Counted from the stretch's first letter, positions 50,929-63,280 are shown. The stretch is DNA of 64,000 bases from Ramazzottius varieornatus (GCA_001949185.1 BDGG01000005.1:3015972-3079971), one strand, 5' to 3'. Numbers and translations: made by a program. Notes: generated by a model not told the origin, from the sequence alone.

Positions 50929-52000
50929 TCACTTGATTTGGAGGTTAGTGAGTCCCACGAAGACATCTCCATTCACCCAGGTTGGTTTTTCTTCGCCCTG
51001 CCACTTGACCAAGTACTGTCGCTGCACCCGGTAATCCATAATCTTTTCAATTTCCAAATCTCTCTCTGGTTTCTCCGCTTCGACGGCGAGGGCATCTTGA
51101 GCGGAGGCCCGTTCCTCATTTTCCCTCCATTTTTCATCTTCGTTATCTGAAGTGGTCGCAGTCAATAGCTGTTGCTCCGAATTCTCGGACTTTTTCACCC
51201 ACTTCCCGGAAGTCTCAGCCGTTTTGTCGAAAATGTATCCTTGAGCTTTCAGGCACCTGCTTAGTCGACGGTGTCCTACCTTATGATGCTTGCTGGCTCT
51301 TTTAGCCGACATTTTGTCATCCAACACGTCCCGAAGTGCATTTTCCATCCGGAAACCAACGAGTCCGGGTGCCGTCTTGCTTCGCTGAGGCAAGGCAATG
51401 CCTTTCTCGATGCCGTACCTCAGTAAAGTTTTGTAACCAACTTTGTGAATTCGAGCTGCGGCAGTCAAACTTAACCGATTTGCCACTGCGTCCTTCACAG
51501 CCGCTTTCGCTCGTTCCAAAACCGACGCATCCGGCTTAAATTGCTGGCGTCTGACAAAATTAAGCATTGCAGTAACGCGAAAGCAAAATAAGTTGAATAC
51601 AGCCATCATGCTTCAGGCTTCAACGTTAACTCACCGTTTCAACGAACTGCGCACCAGATCTGCTGCCCCCTTTTCGATTAAGGCTTGGTCCAGTTCGGCA
51701 TAACTGAAGCGATACTTGACCCTGACGTTTCTGAATTCCTTTGCATTCTTCAGGATGTCTTCCACTGCGGCATCCAGTCTGACTCTATAGAAAATAAATG
51801 CGGTTAAGCTTGTAAAACTACAGTGTAAATTCAGACGGTAAATACTGTTGGCTCAAGAATATTCGCTCTTACCGTTTTTCATCCTCGGCGGGGTTTTCGA
51901 ACACGGCAGAAACTTCAGACTGGTGGTTCTTTGAAAAGAAGCCTTTGCGCGGGAGATTACTGTCCGCAAGTTCACACATTTTCGCATCGCGCTTCGTCAT
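50929..52000 (-). CDS. protein with three psq-like HTH repeats and a C-terminal chromodomain; exons 52000-51873, 51784-51635, 51550-50929
   Basis: LDAAVEDILKNAKEFRNVRVKYRFSYAEL; AKAAVKDAVANRLSLTAAARIHKVGYKTL; MENALRDVLDDKMSAKRASKHHKVGHRRL; LEIEKIMDYRVQRQYLVKWQGEEKPTWV. Both introns are phase-2 GT-AG. Confidence 0.75.
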
Positions 52001-52704
52001 AGCGAAGTCCAAATATCTGAACCCTTATTGGCAAAGCTATAACACTAAACCAAAAGCGTTGTTTACCTATTACGAAGAGAAACCGCAAGCGGTAGCAGTG
52101 CTACCCTGAATTATGGCAGGGACGCAAGAACACCGCTGTTTAGACTTTAGAGGGCTGCTTGACTTCATGACCGATATCATGACTATGCATGATCTGTGTG
52201 ACGTAACTTATTCAGCTCGACCCAAACCCAAAGATTTACTGAAGATAGTTTCTGGAGTATCAAGTCGCTTTAATGTTTGTTTTCACTTTCTGTCCTTTCA
52301 GACCCTGTGCATCAGCATTCTGTTCAATGTATGGGATAGAAAAACACTTGTAAATACTCTAGCCTAATTAGCTGATAACTCATGCATGCTGTAAGCCTGC
52401 GACTACTGTATGAAAGCTGTCTTGCGCTAATCTTAGCGTTGGAGTTACGATACAGATTGCACCAGCGTCAAGACCCGACAGCAAAATCATTATCCGCTCA
52501 TGAAACGACGTCCTTGTCGTCAACTGGAGAACCCACCTGTCTGACAGCTGGAGATGTAACTGAGTCTATGGTTCTGCATACCTTATGGCGGATCCTGGAC
52601 TATGTTCCAAACCTACGCCCAAACCGTACGCTGTAGAAAAAGCGATCCCTTGGCTATATTCGAAGGGAAGCGGACTGTGTCGTACCGTACGTGGTATCGA
52701 TGCG

Positions 52705-54188
52705 ATGGAGAAAGAGATGCACTTACTGTTCATCAGTATCCCGGCCTACGGGCACATTATCCCCCTGTTGGAACTAGCCCGCAAAATCGGTCAGTTCCAC
52801 CAACCCACCTTTGCCGTTCCTGAAAAAATGGCCGGAGGCCTAATCACACGCGAAATCTTTGACGAAGTAGCCGACCATCGTACCCATCTCTAACCCATCC
52901 CCGATGGCATTGTCGACGACATGGAAAGTCCAGACGACCACGAGATGTTCCGAAAAGTGTTACTCATGATGTTCGGCGGCATTATCACGATGTTGAACAA
53001 CGTTCCAACTCAAAGTTCCGTCTCGAAGATAGTGAAGTTCACTCGCCCGGTAGACGGCGTTATCACGGATAACTTTACCTGACGTGACCGAGTCTGCATA
53101 CAACGAGAAATTCCACTCTACTTGTTCAACCCATCTCCTGTTCTGATGTCGTACATGGTTCTTTGCGCGCACGAAGGTCCAAAAACAGCTACAGAGGAGG
53201 AGCTGGATGGGTTCCTAGAAGTGTCTGACGATGCCGGCAACTATACCAAGCCGTTACCAGAAGAACTGCTACATCAGTTTCTATTGCCTATGAAAACGGT
53301 ATATCCTTAAGTCCGCGCAATTATCGCGAGTACGGGAGTTTGAGGCTGACGGAATAAGGAAGTGCCTTGGAAAACCTGGAATGAATGATGCACCGTTCTT
53401 CTGTGTCGGACCGATTTTGCCTGAACCGAAAGAGGGCGTCGGCTTGGCCAGTTCTAAAGCCACTGTCGAACAAAAAGTACTGAATTGGCTGGATGCAAAA
53501 GCGCCGTCTTCTGTTATTTACATATCATTTGGACGTGTAGCAGCCCCAACCCGAATCAGCTGAGAGAACTTGTGCAAACGGTCATGATGACTAATGAGCC
53601 CGTGTTATGGTCCCTGAAGGCGGGAAGCCACCAGTATTTGCCGGAAGACCTCAGCAGAGCTGCGAGCTTGAGTGACCCAAGTAGCGAGGTACTGGTGCTA
53701 GCTTGGGCTCCTCAGAAGAAAATATTGGCGCATGAAAGCGTCGGAGTATTTGTCAGCCATTGTGGATGGAATAGTACGCTGGAAGGCCTTGCAGGAGGAA
53801 AACCAATTGTCGCTTGGCCTCAGTAAGTCTTGGAGTCTTTGAGTCTTTTCATTCAATTTCAGCCGTACACAATTAGGAGGCTGACCAACAAAGTGTTCAA
53901 GGTCCATATATTAAGTGGCGCACATTCCAGGTCAGCAACAATGCAGTGGTGCGCTACTTGAAATGAATATGTCGTGCATTTCATTTGCCGGTTTCCCAAT
54001 TTGTGAACGTGTTCAGTGAACGTTGGTGTTATTGTTTTAGATTTGCAGAACAATTGATAAATGCGGAGTTTGTGAGAAAAGACTGAAGCCGCTCGTGACT
54101 TCCAAAGTAAACTCCAGGCGGCTATTCAACCAGAGGGTTCTTCTGCAATAGAGTTCATGGATTAATTGCTTACATTGCCGAGCAGTAA
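52705..54188 (+). pseudogene. plant-type (PSPG box) UDP-glycosyltransferase pseudogene
   Basis: HLLFISIPAYGHIIPLLELAR, CVGPILP, WLDAKAPSSVIYISFG and WAPQKKILAHESVGVFVSHCGWNSTLE...PIVAWPQ|FAEQLINA. In-frame TAA at 52891 plus further stops and frameshifts. Confidence 0.85.
53912..53960. repeat. 49-bp palindromic element in UGT intron
   Basis: taagtggcgcac-N25-gtgcgctacttg. Confidence 0.85.
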
Positions 54189-54204
54189 ACCAGGTTCATC
54201 AGTA

Positions 54205-54643
54205 CACGCACGACGAGATATTACGGGCCAGTAAAAATTACGGGCCAGGCGGAAAAGACGGCAAATTTACAATTTGTATGGAAGTCAGAAACAGAAATCG
54301 CACAAATGACGTAACGTAATAAAATTCAACCGTAGAAAATTGTCATGGACACTGGCCATCAGCTGATCAGCTGTTTTACTGTAACGCTTCTATGCTGCTG
54401 TCGACTTCCTCCCGGAGGCCGGAGAAGCCTTGGAATAGCTTGAACGGTTGAAGGTATAATGAAGATCTGACTGCTATAACATTAATATGACAAGCTTTAG
54501 CTCCCCAATATCCAGCACGCACGTACAGCAGTCCAGCCTTCGATGTTGCCCTTTGCTTGTAGCAAGAATCACCTGCCCGTGCCGCCGTAGCGAAAGGGCC
54601 TGGTCGGTAGTTTCTACTGGCCCATAATATCCCGTCGTTCGTG
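54205..54643. mobile_element. family A pogo-like MITE (extra right-TIR copy at ~54772-54787)
   Basis: ta|cacgcacgacgagatattacgggccagtaaaaa ... tactggcccataatatcccgtcgttcgtg|ta. Subterminal region matches the 35129-35696 element. Confidence 0.8.
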
Positions 54644-54839
54644 TACAGCCTTTTATAGTTTTTGTGTCGTACGTCACACACTGCTCATTAGGGAAGTTGC
54701 TCTTATAGAAGGGGAATTCGATAAAGGAACGTTCATACGAAGCGACTGTATTTGGAAATGCTTCTAACATGCTCGTCGTGCGTGTACGGCAAAATATGAA
54801 CAGCAATACGTGAAAAACTGCCAAACTGTGACAAAAATT

Positions 54840-54925
54840 TCCGACGACTGAGAATTGAACTCAGGACCTGGTGATCACTATGGGGTTACTACAGTCACCC
54901 GCTCTACCAACTGAGCTATCATCGG
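54840..54925 (-). tRNA. trnY: tRNA-Tyr(GTA) with 13-nt intron (54888-54876)
   Basis: CCGATGA TAGCTCAGTTGGTAGAGC G GGTGA CTGTAG [intron] A TCACC AGGTC CTGAG TTCAATT CTCAG TCGTCGG A. All stems pair; T6 terminator downstream. Confidence 0.95.
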
Positions 54926-55432
54926 TTGCAATGCTTGAACCGGGACTTAGGCGCCATTGCTTGAAGTTATCGTGCTGGAGGCAACTTGTGAGGCATCGGA
55001 GGTGGTTTCTGAGTCATTATTTGACTTGCTTAATTTGCATAATCGTCACGCTTCAATTAGCGGACATTAACCTGCTTGATCAGATCTTTCGCGAAGCCTA
55101 GAAGGTCCGTCAACGTGCACCGACTGCATGTACTTCAATGCTCTCGAGAGCAGAAAAAGGTGTTCGGCACGGCGCGCCATTCGTTTACGTCGTACGAGAA
55201 ACTTACACTCTGACACACAGTTCAAATTCGCCGAATAATTATGGTTTATTCTACTGGGTACCTTCTCTACGGAATACGTGCACAATGTGATGGGATAATG
55301 GGAAGAGAAAAATAGAAAACTAAACGGTATCACAGATGAAAAAATGCCAGCGGTAAATTGCAAACCAGCCGACCTGATTCGCAAATTGAATGTAATTATT
55401 CAAATTTCGTTTTACCATAATTTCAAAGTTCG

Positions 55433-56506
55433 TCACCAGTCAAAACGTTGGCCAATCATTTCATAAAACAGCTCGTTGTGCGGACGGAAAAAGTCGTTCA
55501 ACTTTTGCAAAACGTCCTCGTTGACGAACGGATGGGCGCGACCCTTGGTCTTCGATAAGCATCGGTCGCTTTGCGGATTGAGTCCATCCCGAATACAGTA
55601 AAAACCTTTGGTCTGGTTGAAATGGAAATGTGATCCGTTGATACGATGGTCCAGCCTCAAAAAACTCTCGACATTCGACAGTTCCTTCATTGGGTTCTCC
55701 ACCAACATGTCCCCGTCCACAATCAGCAGCTGCTCCCTCGGGAACACATTCAGCCAGTGCCGAAGATGCCGATGGTACAAACTAACCCGGATAGGCTTAT
55801 ACCCGATATTGACATCACCGTCTTTCGCCAGGACCGTTTCTTCGAAAGTCCGGACAGGCTTACCCTTCTTCAGCCTGTTATCCCTTGTCTGAGTGTAGTC
55901 AGAGATTAACCGCGTCACCGGGTTGCGCACAACTAGAATAAGTGCAATGGAGGAATTCACCGCTTTTATTCTTTGTGGCACGTATCGTGTGATGAAGTAC
56001 GCCGGGCTCTTCTCCACCGTTACTTGTTCAGGAAAGGAATACGGCATTTGGGACCGGTACCACTGAAGACCTCGACTGTACTTCTGTTCCTCGTCGAAGA
56101 AGTGTACTTCGTCGGAGGCTTTCTTGATGTTCGGGTGGAGGGAGAGGAACTCGAGTAGAGCGCGAGTGCCGCTTTTGCGTACTCCGATGATGATACACTG
56201 CGGTAGACGGCGCTGCAGTCGTTCGGTTATCCAGCGTGGAGGTAGTATGATCTCGTCGTCGGATAGTAACTCGAGTGGGAATAGGGTGTCTTGGAAGAGG
56301 TTCTGGAATGGTCGGATAAGAATACCCGAATGTGGAACATGTGGACGGAGTGCTGGAAAGAAGAGGAGTGCACCGAGGAGGAGGAAACCGGAGATGATGA
56401 CAGCCACGGCAATCGACCGGTAATGGTCAGTTGTCGACTCTTTCAGGCTACTTTTAAAAGATACCAAGCTGGTCTTTTCCGGCGGTAATTTCAGATCAAT
56501 AAACAT
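55433..56506 (-). CDS. heparan sulfate glucosamine 3-O-sulfotransferase (HS3ST1/5-like), single coding exon
   Basis: Type II TM anchor; RRLPQCIIIGVRKSGTRALLEFL (5'-PSB), EVHFFD, EKSPAYF, RNPVTRLISDY (3'-PB), KGFYC, CLSKTKGRAHP. Confidence 0.95.
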   Translation of the reverse strand: MFIDLKLPPEKTSLVSFKSSLKESTTDHYRSIAVAVIISGFLLLGALLFFPALRPHVPHSGILIRPFQNLFQDTLFPLELLSDDEIILPPRWITERLQRRLPQCIIIGVRKSGTRALLEFLSLHPNIKKASDEVHFFDEEQKYSRGLQWYRSQMPYSFPEQVTVEKSPAYFITRYVPQRIKAVNSSIALILVVRNPVTRLISDYTQTRDNRLKKGKPVRTFEETVLAKDGDVNIGYKPIRVSLYHRHLRHWLNVFPREQLLIVDGDMLVENPMKELSNVESFLRLDHRINGSHFHFNQTKGFYCIRDGLNPQSDRCLSKTKGRAHPFVNEDVLQKLNDFFRPHNELFYEMIGQRFDW

Positions 56507-57790
56507 CCTGGAACTCTCCGTATTTGGAGTAGGCTGGATGAAGGGTGAAACTAGAGCGAGCAGCTGACGATATCCTCATCTAGTTACCATCTGCAAAACA
56601 AAATAGAATTTATTTAGAGTTAAAAGTGTTTGTTATGAATCGGATCTGCCATATAGACGGATAGAATGTAACTTGAAAAATCTTTTGAATTTTAAGTGCT
56701 TTGATAATCAGAGCAGATACTCTGACATGAACGGCAAATTGAACACAACATGTACAGGACACGCGATTTTCAGTTCAGAGCAAAGCAAAGAGACTTCATA
56801 AATCGATGGGCTGTCCGAACTGATTCAAAACAGTGCACAACTTGAACTGCAATTCACTTTACAACTTTGCATAAGCTTCATCCATAATAAGGTTTATAGC
56901 AAAGTCCATTTTGGTCACGTCGAAGGAGTACCCCGGCGTGTCGATGAATAATAGGAAGATGGGCCACTTGACCACCAAACAATTCAGGTCAAAGTCTGGT
57001 CTTTCATCACGCAAAGATGCGTTCTCTCATTTTACACACAGAGAGAGTTGACACTCGAGTAATTACGGACCTGTGAAGATGGACAAAACAGCGGGTGAGG
57101 ATGAAGAGTGAGCACCTGCTGTCTTTCGACCTGACACATCGTCCCTCAAAGACAACAATGAAGGCGGATAATTCACCAAGATTCCCACCGATAAGAGCGA
57201 AAGATGGGCGGAAGCAGGTTTTGTGTGGCTGATCGGCCAATTTCAAGCTGATTATCCACGCTGGACTTCTCGTGATAGATACGGGCTGTTTTGAGGCTTT
57301 TTACTGTGCGGTGTTTATCTGTCTAGAAGAAGCTAATATCCGTGGGCCAAAGCCGAACTTGACCGCTGGTCAGTGTGATCGTTCGTCCATCAAAACAAAC
57401 AAGTCTGGACAGAAGCCGAATGCAGCCACGCCTGACTGCACAAATTACGATCTGTTCGGAGGCGATAAGTCACGCTTCTCTGTGTAACAGTTCAGCGCGG
57501 AACAGCTATTCGATATGCTGTACCGAGTGGACATTTCCCACACTTCCTTTGGGAATAAAGTACGAGGAAGAGACAGAAATGGCGCTTCTACTTCAACGAC
57601 TTCTGTCTGCCAAATAAACATTCACGGTTAATTCGATCCGACGAAGCGTGGATGACGCTATCGTCCATAACAAACAACAACAGGACTCTCACGTGATCAT
57701 ACTGCAGATGCCTGTATTATCTTCCCGAATTCCTTTCCCTAAAACGTACAACTGAGACGTCGGCAAATGAATCGATCCAGATCGTATACC

Positions 57791-57839
57791 AAAGTGGCGC
57801 GCGCTTCCATCCAACAGCACCGGCACCATGCGCCACCCA
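57791..57839. repeat. 49-bp palindromic element upstream of HS3ST (possibly a 5'UTR intron)
   Basis: aaagtggcgcgc-N25-atgcgccaccca with the family's outer flanks. Confidence 0.7.
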
Positions 57840-60800
57840 AAAACAATACCGATCAGAACGTTTTCCCGAGTGACGTTGTCAGTCCAATTTACTGAAAACA
57901 TGCACCGCTTGGAAAGGCGGCCCAGATGAGATTATTCGCCGACGTCCCAAGTTTCTTGTTAATTTCCAATATCGCAGTGGCGGGGCGAGGAGTGGGTGAA
58001 CAAGCTGAAAGATCAGATGTTGTTTCTGAGTTTGACACAAGTCGAAGACCGTAAGCTGACTTATGAAAATTAATTGAATTAGGGTGGTCTGTTTCTGACG
58101 GCATAATCCCGTATGCAAATAGACTCTGTCAATTATATCTGCATAATGAAAGGGATTCAGCACCGGAAATCGTGCCTGATGGATGGGCGGGCGGTCTGTG
58201 GAATTAGTGACCGTCGTCCACTTCGGGCTTTGAATAAATTATTTGACGTTGATAAATAGCCGGTAATGGCTTTTGACGTCGGCCAGATGTGACGCGTCTT
58301 TGTGACACGTTTCCTTCGCACGGTCAGCTTGGATGGAAGAACTTTCATGCTGGGGTTATCTCTGTGAAAAACTAATGTATGTGAAGGAAGCGACAGATTC
58401 TTTTTCTTATTTGTAAACTTTCCAAACTTTGAAAGAGAAAGAGAAGAGATCGACATGGCGCAATGGCCGATAATAACAGTGTTGAAAGTTGATCGTCTTC
58501 AAATTTAATAACACATTCATCAGTGTCATTTGAGGCCATTTCACTGTGTCGGACATGAGGAAATTACAGAGTGATGGAAAATGAAACGCCGCGCAGATGA
58601 CTGAATGATAAAGTGAACCCAACTGCCACACTTTCCTGACCACACATTTCCGATATCTGCTTCGGAAAGGCCCTTGAACAGCTGCGGCAGTCTGAACAAA
58701 GTCAGCTCCATTACGCGCTTTCCTCCTTTAAACCTTCAGGATAGTGAAAGTCGGACAGACGCTCGTAACAAAAGTGGACATATGCCCCGAATGGAAATAC
58801 GTGTTTCCGCCGGCAAATAGACGCCGTTGAAGACTGCCTCATTACAATCATGTCCAACTGTCGCCCATAATCAACTATGGTCAGTGAACAATGGCGCCGT
58901 AATCGAAAAACATTGTGAAGCGTGCTCATCAATGGCCAAACATCGTAATTACCTCATTGCCATACAATAGATCCATCTTAAAATAGATACAATAGCATGC
59001 ACGGTATTGGTATCCTCAGTTTCGTAACTGTCCCTGGTGTCGTATTTGTGGACTGCAGTCTTCACGTGATCCAAGGAGCCTTCTCGGAAGGGCGGAAATT
59101 CTTCAAACAGTGGAAGCAATTTTCAGTTGGCACACAGGGAAGTAAAATGCTGCGAACTGTGCCGTTTTGGGTCATTTACGCATCCTGATGGAAATCCGCT
59201 CGAAACGATAATGGCTATTTGATGGAGGAAACATGACACCGACTCGGAAAACACAACTAAACGACAATTGTCAATCACGACCACTCTCGAGAGCTTTTGG
59301 CCTGATACTCTCAGATTTCAGTGGGATTAGACGCCTTCCATTGCGCTCTGTACGCAACTTTGTGTAACGACGTGTTCCTAAACAATAGCCGGCAAACACA
59401 CTAAACAATGCGTGAACGAAAGGAAAAAGTAATCCTTTCGAAGCATTCTTCTCAGCAATGTAATTCTGAAATGTCGTTCTCGGATTTAGTTTCAGCTGCT
59501 GATGAGATTTTAATAGCTAGCCTCTTTTATGAAGCTCACTGTATGCGTCAAGTCAACAATTTTATCCTTCACGGTCAGATCAACCGAAAAACGATCCCGA
59601 GACTTTCCGGGTCGCGGCATCCTGCTCCTTTGCATATGAAGAGCACTTGAGTCAGAAATATTTGTGGATATGATTGATAAATGCTGGCATATGGTCGAAA
59701 GTGGCCTGATGAATGCGAGAGAGTCAAAGTGTGTCCATTGATTAATAACACCAACACAAAATGCCGGCTGCTGTCGTTATCCATTCTGTAGCAACAGACT
59801 GACACAGACTACGGCGAGGGATAATTTCCATGTCGGTCAAACTAACCAGAGGAGAAGCGACAGGAAGATGCGTTAAAGGATGATAAGAGACACAAAGAGG
59901 AAGACCAACACGGAAGTAACGCCGATTTTGTCCGACGTCGCTTGAGGCCACATCGTCCTACCCATTCAGCATCGTTAACGACCAACAACTCACCATCCTT
60001 ATCTGTTTTCACACTCCGCTCTTTGATATGCAGATTCGTAAAACACACATTTGAGCTCACGACTCGCAGCCTCATCCGAGAAGCTCACCACATGACCAAG
60101 TTACAAGACTTTTACGGGCTTCGAAGATCGATGTAGAAATGTCAGCTGGATAAAATGTGTCATAAACCACAACGGATATGCTCGATTTGGCTTTTCGAGC
60201 AAAGCCATAAAACCAGTTATCGTCTTGATGTAGTAAGACTTTACAACGTTCCACTTCACTTCACCAGAATCCCTCTTCGGATTTCTGTCATCCCTTTCCG
60301 GGATTTCTGTTATCACATTTGCACTAAGATCTCCGATTCATTCGAAATATCAGCCCGTCTTGAAAAACGGATGAACAAAACTGAACTGTTTGTTCAAGTA
60401 GTTCAATATTCATACACTGGAAATGCTGAACGTCGAAAACGATATCATTGTGAAAAATTGTAGGAAGGTTGGAAATAGAATATGGGCGTCCAAGAGGTTG
60501 TTTTGTGTGATCAAGCACGCATTCTTATGCATTATGCAGGGATTTTGGGAATATTCTTTCATAAGTACACGTCAACGCATTGAGGGGAACATCTCTAAGC
60601 AAACATTTGCCATTGCAGCCATGAATAGCTTTAAATGCCGGAAAAGTGGAGCAAATCCATAGCGACGTTTACCGATCGAGCCACCACACAATTGTGACAC
60701 TCCATGCTCCTCCCTATGGTGTCAATAGACTTTGAAAGTACCAATCTAAGAAAGGACAGAAAAAACCCCATCTTGATTTTTTCACCCAGTTCCCAATATG

Positions 60801-61951
60801 TACACATACACTGAACCGGAAGGTAATCCTAGCGAGTATTATAGCCTCTTCAAAACAGAATTACTTCCAGTAGATTTCCCATGTGACGTCAAAGAGCTCC
60901 AGCGCTCTTTTTTCCCCATTCACGTAACAGCCGCGCTGCGGTTCGATAATAATAAATAATGGAGCCTGTTTCAGTCGATGCTATTTCCAGCTGTGCTTAC
61001 ATACGCAACAAATTACTGCGACTGTTTTAATCTGAAATGATGTTTACCTTGGGCCAGCTTGCGGTGAGAGTATGCGGGTGGGTCCACCGTTTACTTTGGC
61101 GTCGGTTTAACTAGACTCGATGGCAGAAGGTTTGTATTCCGTATTTGCAAAGCTGCCAAGCCTTTCCAAAATTGTCAAGGAAATATGTGCCGCGGACTAA
61201 CATTCAAATTCCGAAGCCTGTCAAACAGTACGTAATGTGGACTGCTGAGCAGTTCGCCGGCAGTAAACTGATCAGCCGCTGAAGGTGGCAGAAAAATTCG
61301 AAGGTGAAGTAAAATGCTGATCGGTGGAAGTAATGCGTACATCCGGTGACGGCAGAAGTTTTTGGGATCTATACGGCCCGTGACAAAAGAGAGAAAAGCT
61401 ACGAGTTCTCACACCACGAAAGTGACAACCTTCGCCGTCTTAGCAGGGATACTAAAATGCAAAAAGGAGGAAGACATCGAAGTAGACTTGTCGATGGCGT
61501 GATATAATGTATGGGTACGCCGCTGGACACTCCGGAAATGTACGAGTATACACATTGAAATTGGTGTGCTGCGTAAGGATGTACACTGCACGAACCACGC
61601 CCTTCGTTGCGTCTGCTGTGCGGTCCGAAGAGACGTACGAGGTAGAGACTGCTGAGTTGGCCGGTTGCCGAGTTAGCTGGGCCTTATAGCTAGTAGGCGA
61701 TTTGACGGCCTACTCCCAAGAACCGTTGGCTAACTCGACAACCTTCACCTCGTAGCCGAAAAACGCAACCACCAGGGGGCGACATGCTCGATTTGTAGTC
61801 GGTGGTGCATCTCCACGGAGTAATGTTTGTTTTTCAAGCTCAATGGGTGAGCAAAGTATCTCTCAAAAAAATTTAATTGATACTTTTCCAGTCAAGTTTG
61901 TTTATTTACAGCCACAAAAGTACTTTACCGCTACCCGCTCAAGTAGACGTA

Positions 61952-62148
61952 CACGCAAGACGAGCAATTATGGTACAGTAAAAATCATAAGACAGGCTGC
62001 AAGGACGGCAAAAAGGAAATTCGACCGTAGAGAACTGTCAAAAAATGTATTGCTGTGAATCGGTTACGTACGTACGTGCTTCCGTACCGCCTTAGCGAAA
62101 AGGTGTGTACCATAACTTTTACTGTACCATAATTTCTCGTCCTGCGTG
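61952..62148. mobile_element. family A pogo-like MITE
   Basis: ta|cacgcaagacgagcaattatggtacagtaaaa ... ttttactgtaccataatttctcgtcctgcgtg|ta. Confidence 0.85.
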
Positions 62149-62373
62149 TACGTATTACGTACAACAGGAACTCATCACCATCAGAGACGGAGTTCCATCT
62201 CAATGCTTTCAGCAGGCTGTTGGGAATGCTCATCCTAATCTGGTTGAACTGATGTTTACCGGCACCCAAAAATAACACCGAAAGCTCGCTTTTCGCGCAC
62301 TGGATAAGATTAGGAAAATTTCACTCTAACATACCTCGAATAGAAATGGCATCTCAACGTAAAAAATTCCAGT

Positions 62374-63280
62374 TCACGTTTGATGTTTGCAAAGAATGGC
62401 ATACGCACATCCAGTAAACCAGGTCTCGATCCAGTTAAACTTCCCAGCATTATTCAGAAAATTAAAATCCAGTGGCTGCCAGACAAGTCCCACCGTTTTA
62501 ACTGTCCTGAAGTTCAATCGATCCGTCACTTGACGGACCTCTTCAGGCTTGACGCACAAGTACAACCGATGTAGCCACCGCGCACAGATACCCAAGACGT
62601 CCTCGAACAAAATCATATTCCACAAGAGCGAAAAGATGGTCCGAATGATGGTCGAGAAGACGATGCAGCCACCGGGCTTTACCAGCTGACAACATAAGGC
62701 CGCGAAGTCTTGTGGGTTCGTCACGTGCTCCAAGACGTCCGAACAGACCGCAACGTCAAAGTGCTCGTGGCTGTATTCGATGAAATCTTGGAGCGTCAGA
62801 CAGTGGTATTCTGGAGCTATCAACCTGGCCTACAAAAGAGTTCAAAATTTTCTTTAAGAAAATTCAATTAACACTTCCAAAGGTGTTTGAAAGTTGAGAG
62901 TCAACGAGGTGCCGCTCAAAGACCATACATACGTCAAAGGCCGGGTGCGTTTTGTCCAGTGCCCTTTTGCGCTATCAATAGCAGAATTTGTAACGTCTGA
63001 AAACAACCGCGACGCTTGGGCAACGCGCGAAATCTCCAAGGTAGAGCGACGACATTTACGAGTAAGTTTGGAACTAACCGATGCCCACGACCGAAGCGCC
63101 GGCTTCAGCCAGTACTTCCGCGAACATCCCCGCGCCGCATCCGACATCGCATATTTTTGCCCCAAATAACGACTTGGCGTCAGTATGAAACGTTTCTTCC
63201 CACGTTGCCTCCAAGCCCAGTATCTCTTTCAAGTATCCTTCAGCAACAAGACGCAGTCGGATAGGGTTAAAGTTCCTCAC
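62374..63280 (-). CDS. COQ3/UbiG-like SAM-dependent O-methyltransferase, 3 visible exons; 5' end unresolved
   Basis: FNPIRL, KICDVGCGAGMFAEVLAEAGASVVGI|D, FDVAVCSDVLEHV, LVKPGGCIVFSTI. Confidence 0.75.

Noticed and set aside
17460-57839. Introner (intron-generating element) interpretation of the palindrome
   Set aside because: The element sits inside introns with variable flanks and does not supply the splice sites. Not fully excluded without ortholog intron positions.
56600-61900. Numerous 60-100 aa ORFs upstream of HS3ST
   Set aside because: No coding signature; more likely a long 5'UTR intron or regulatory region (acceptor-like tttgcag near 56591).
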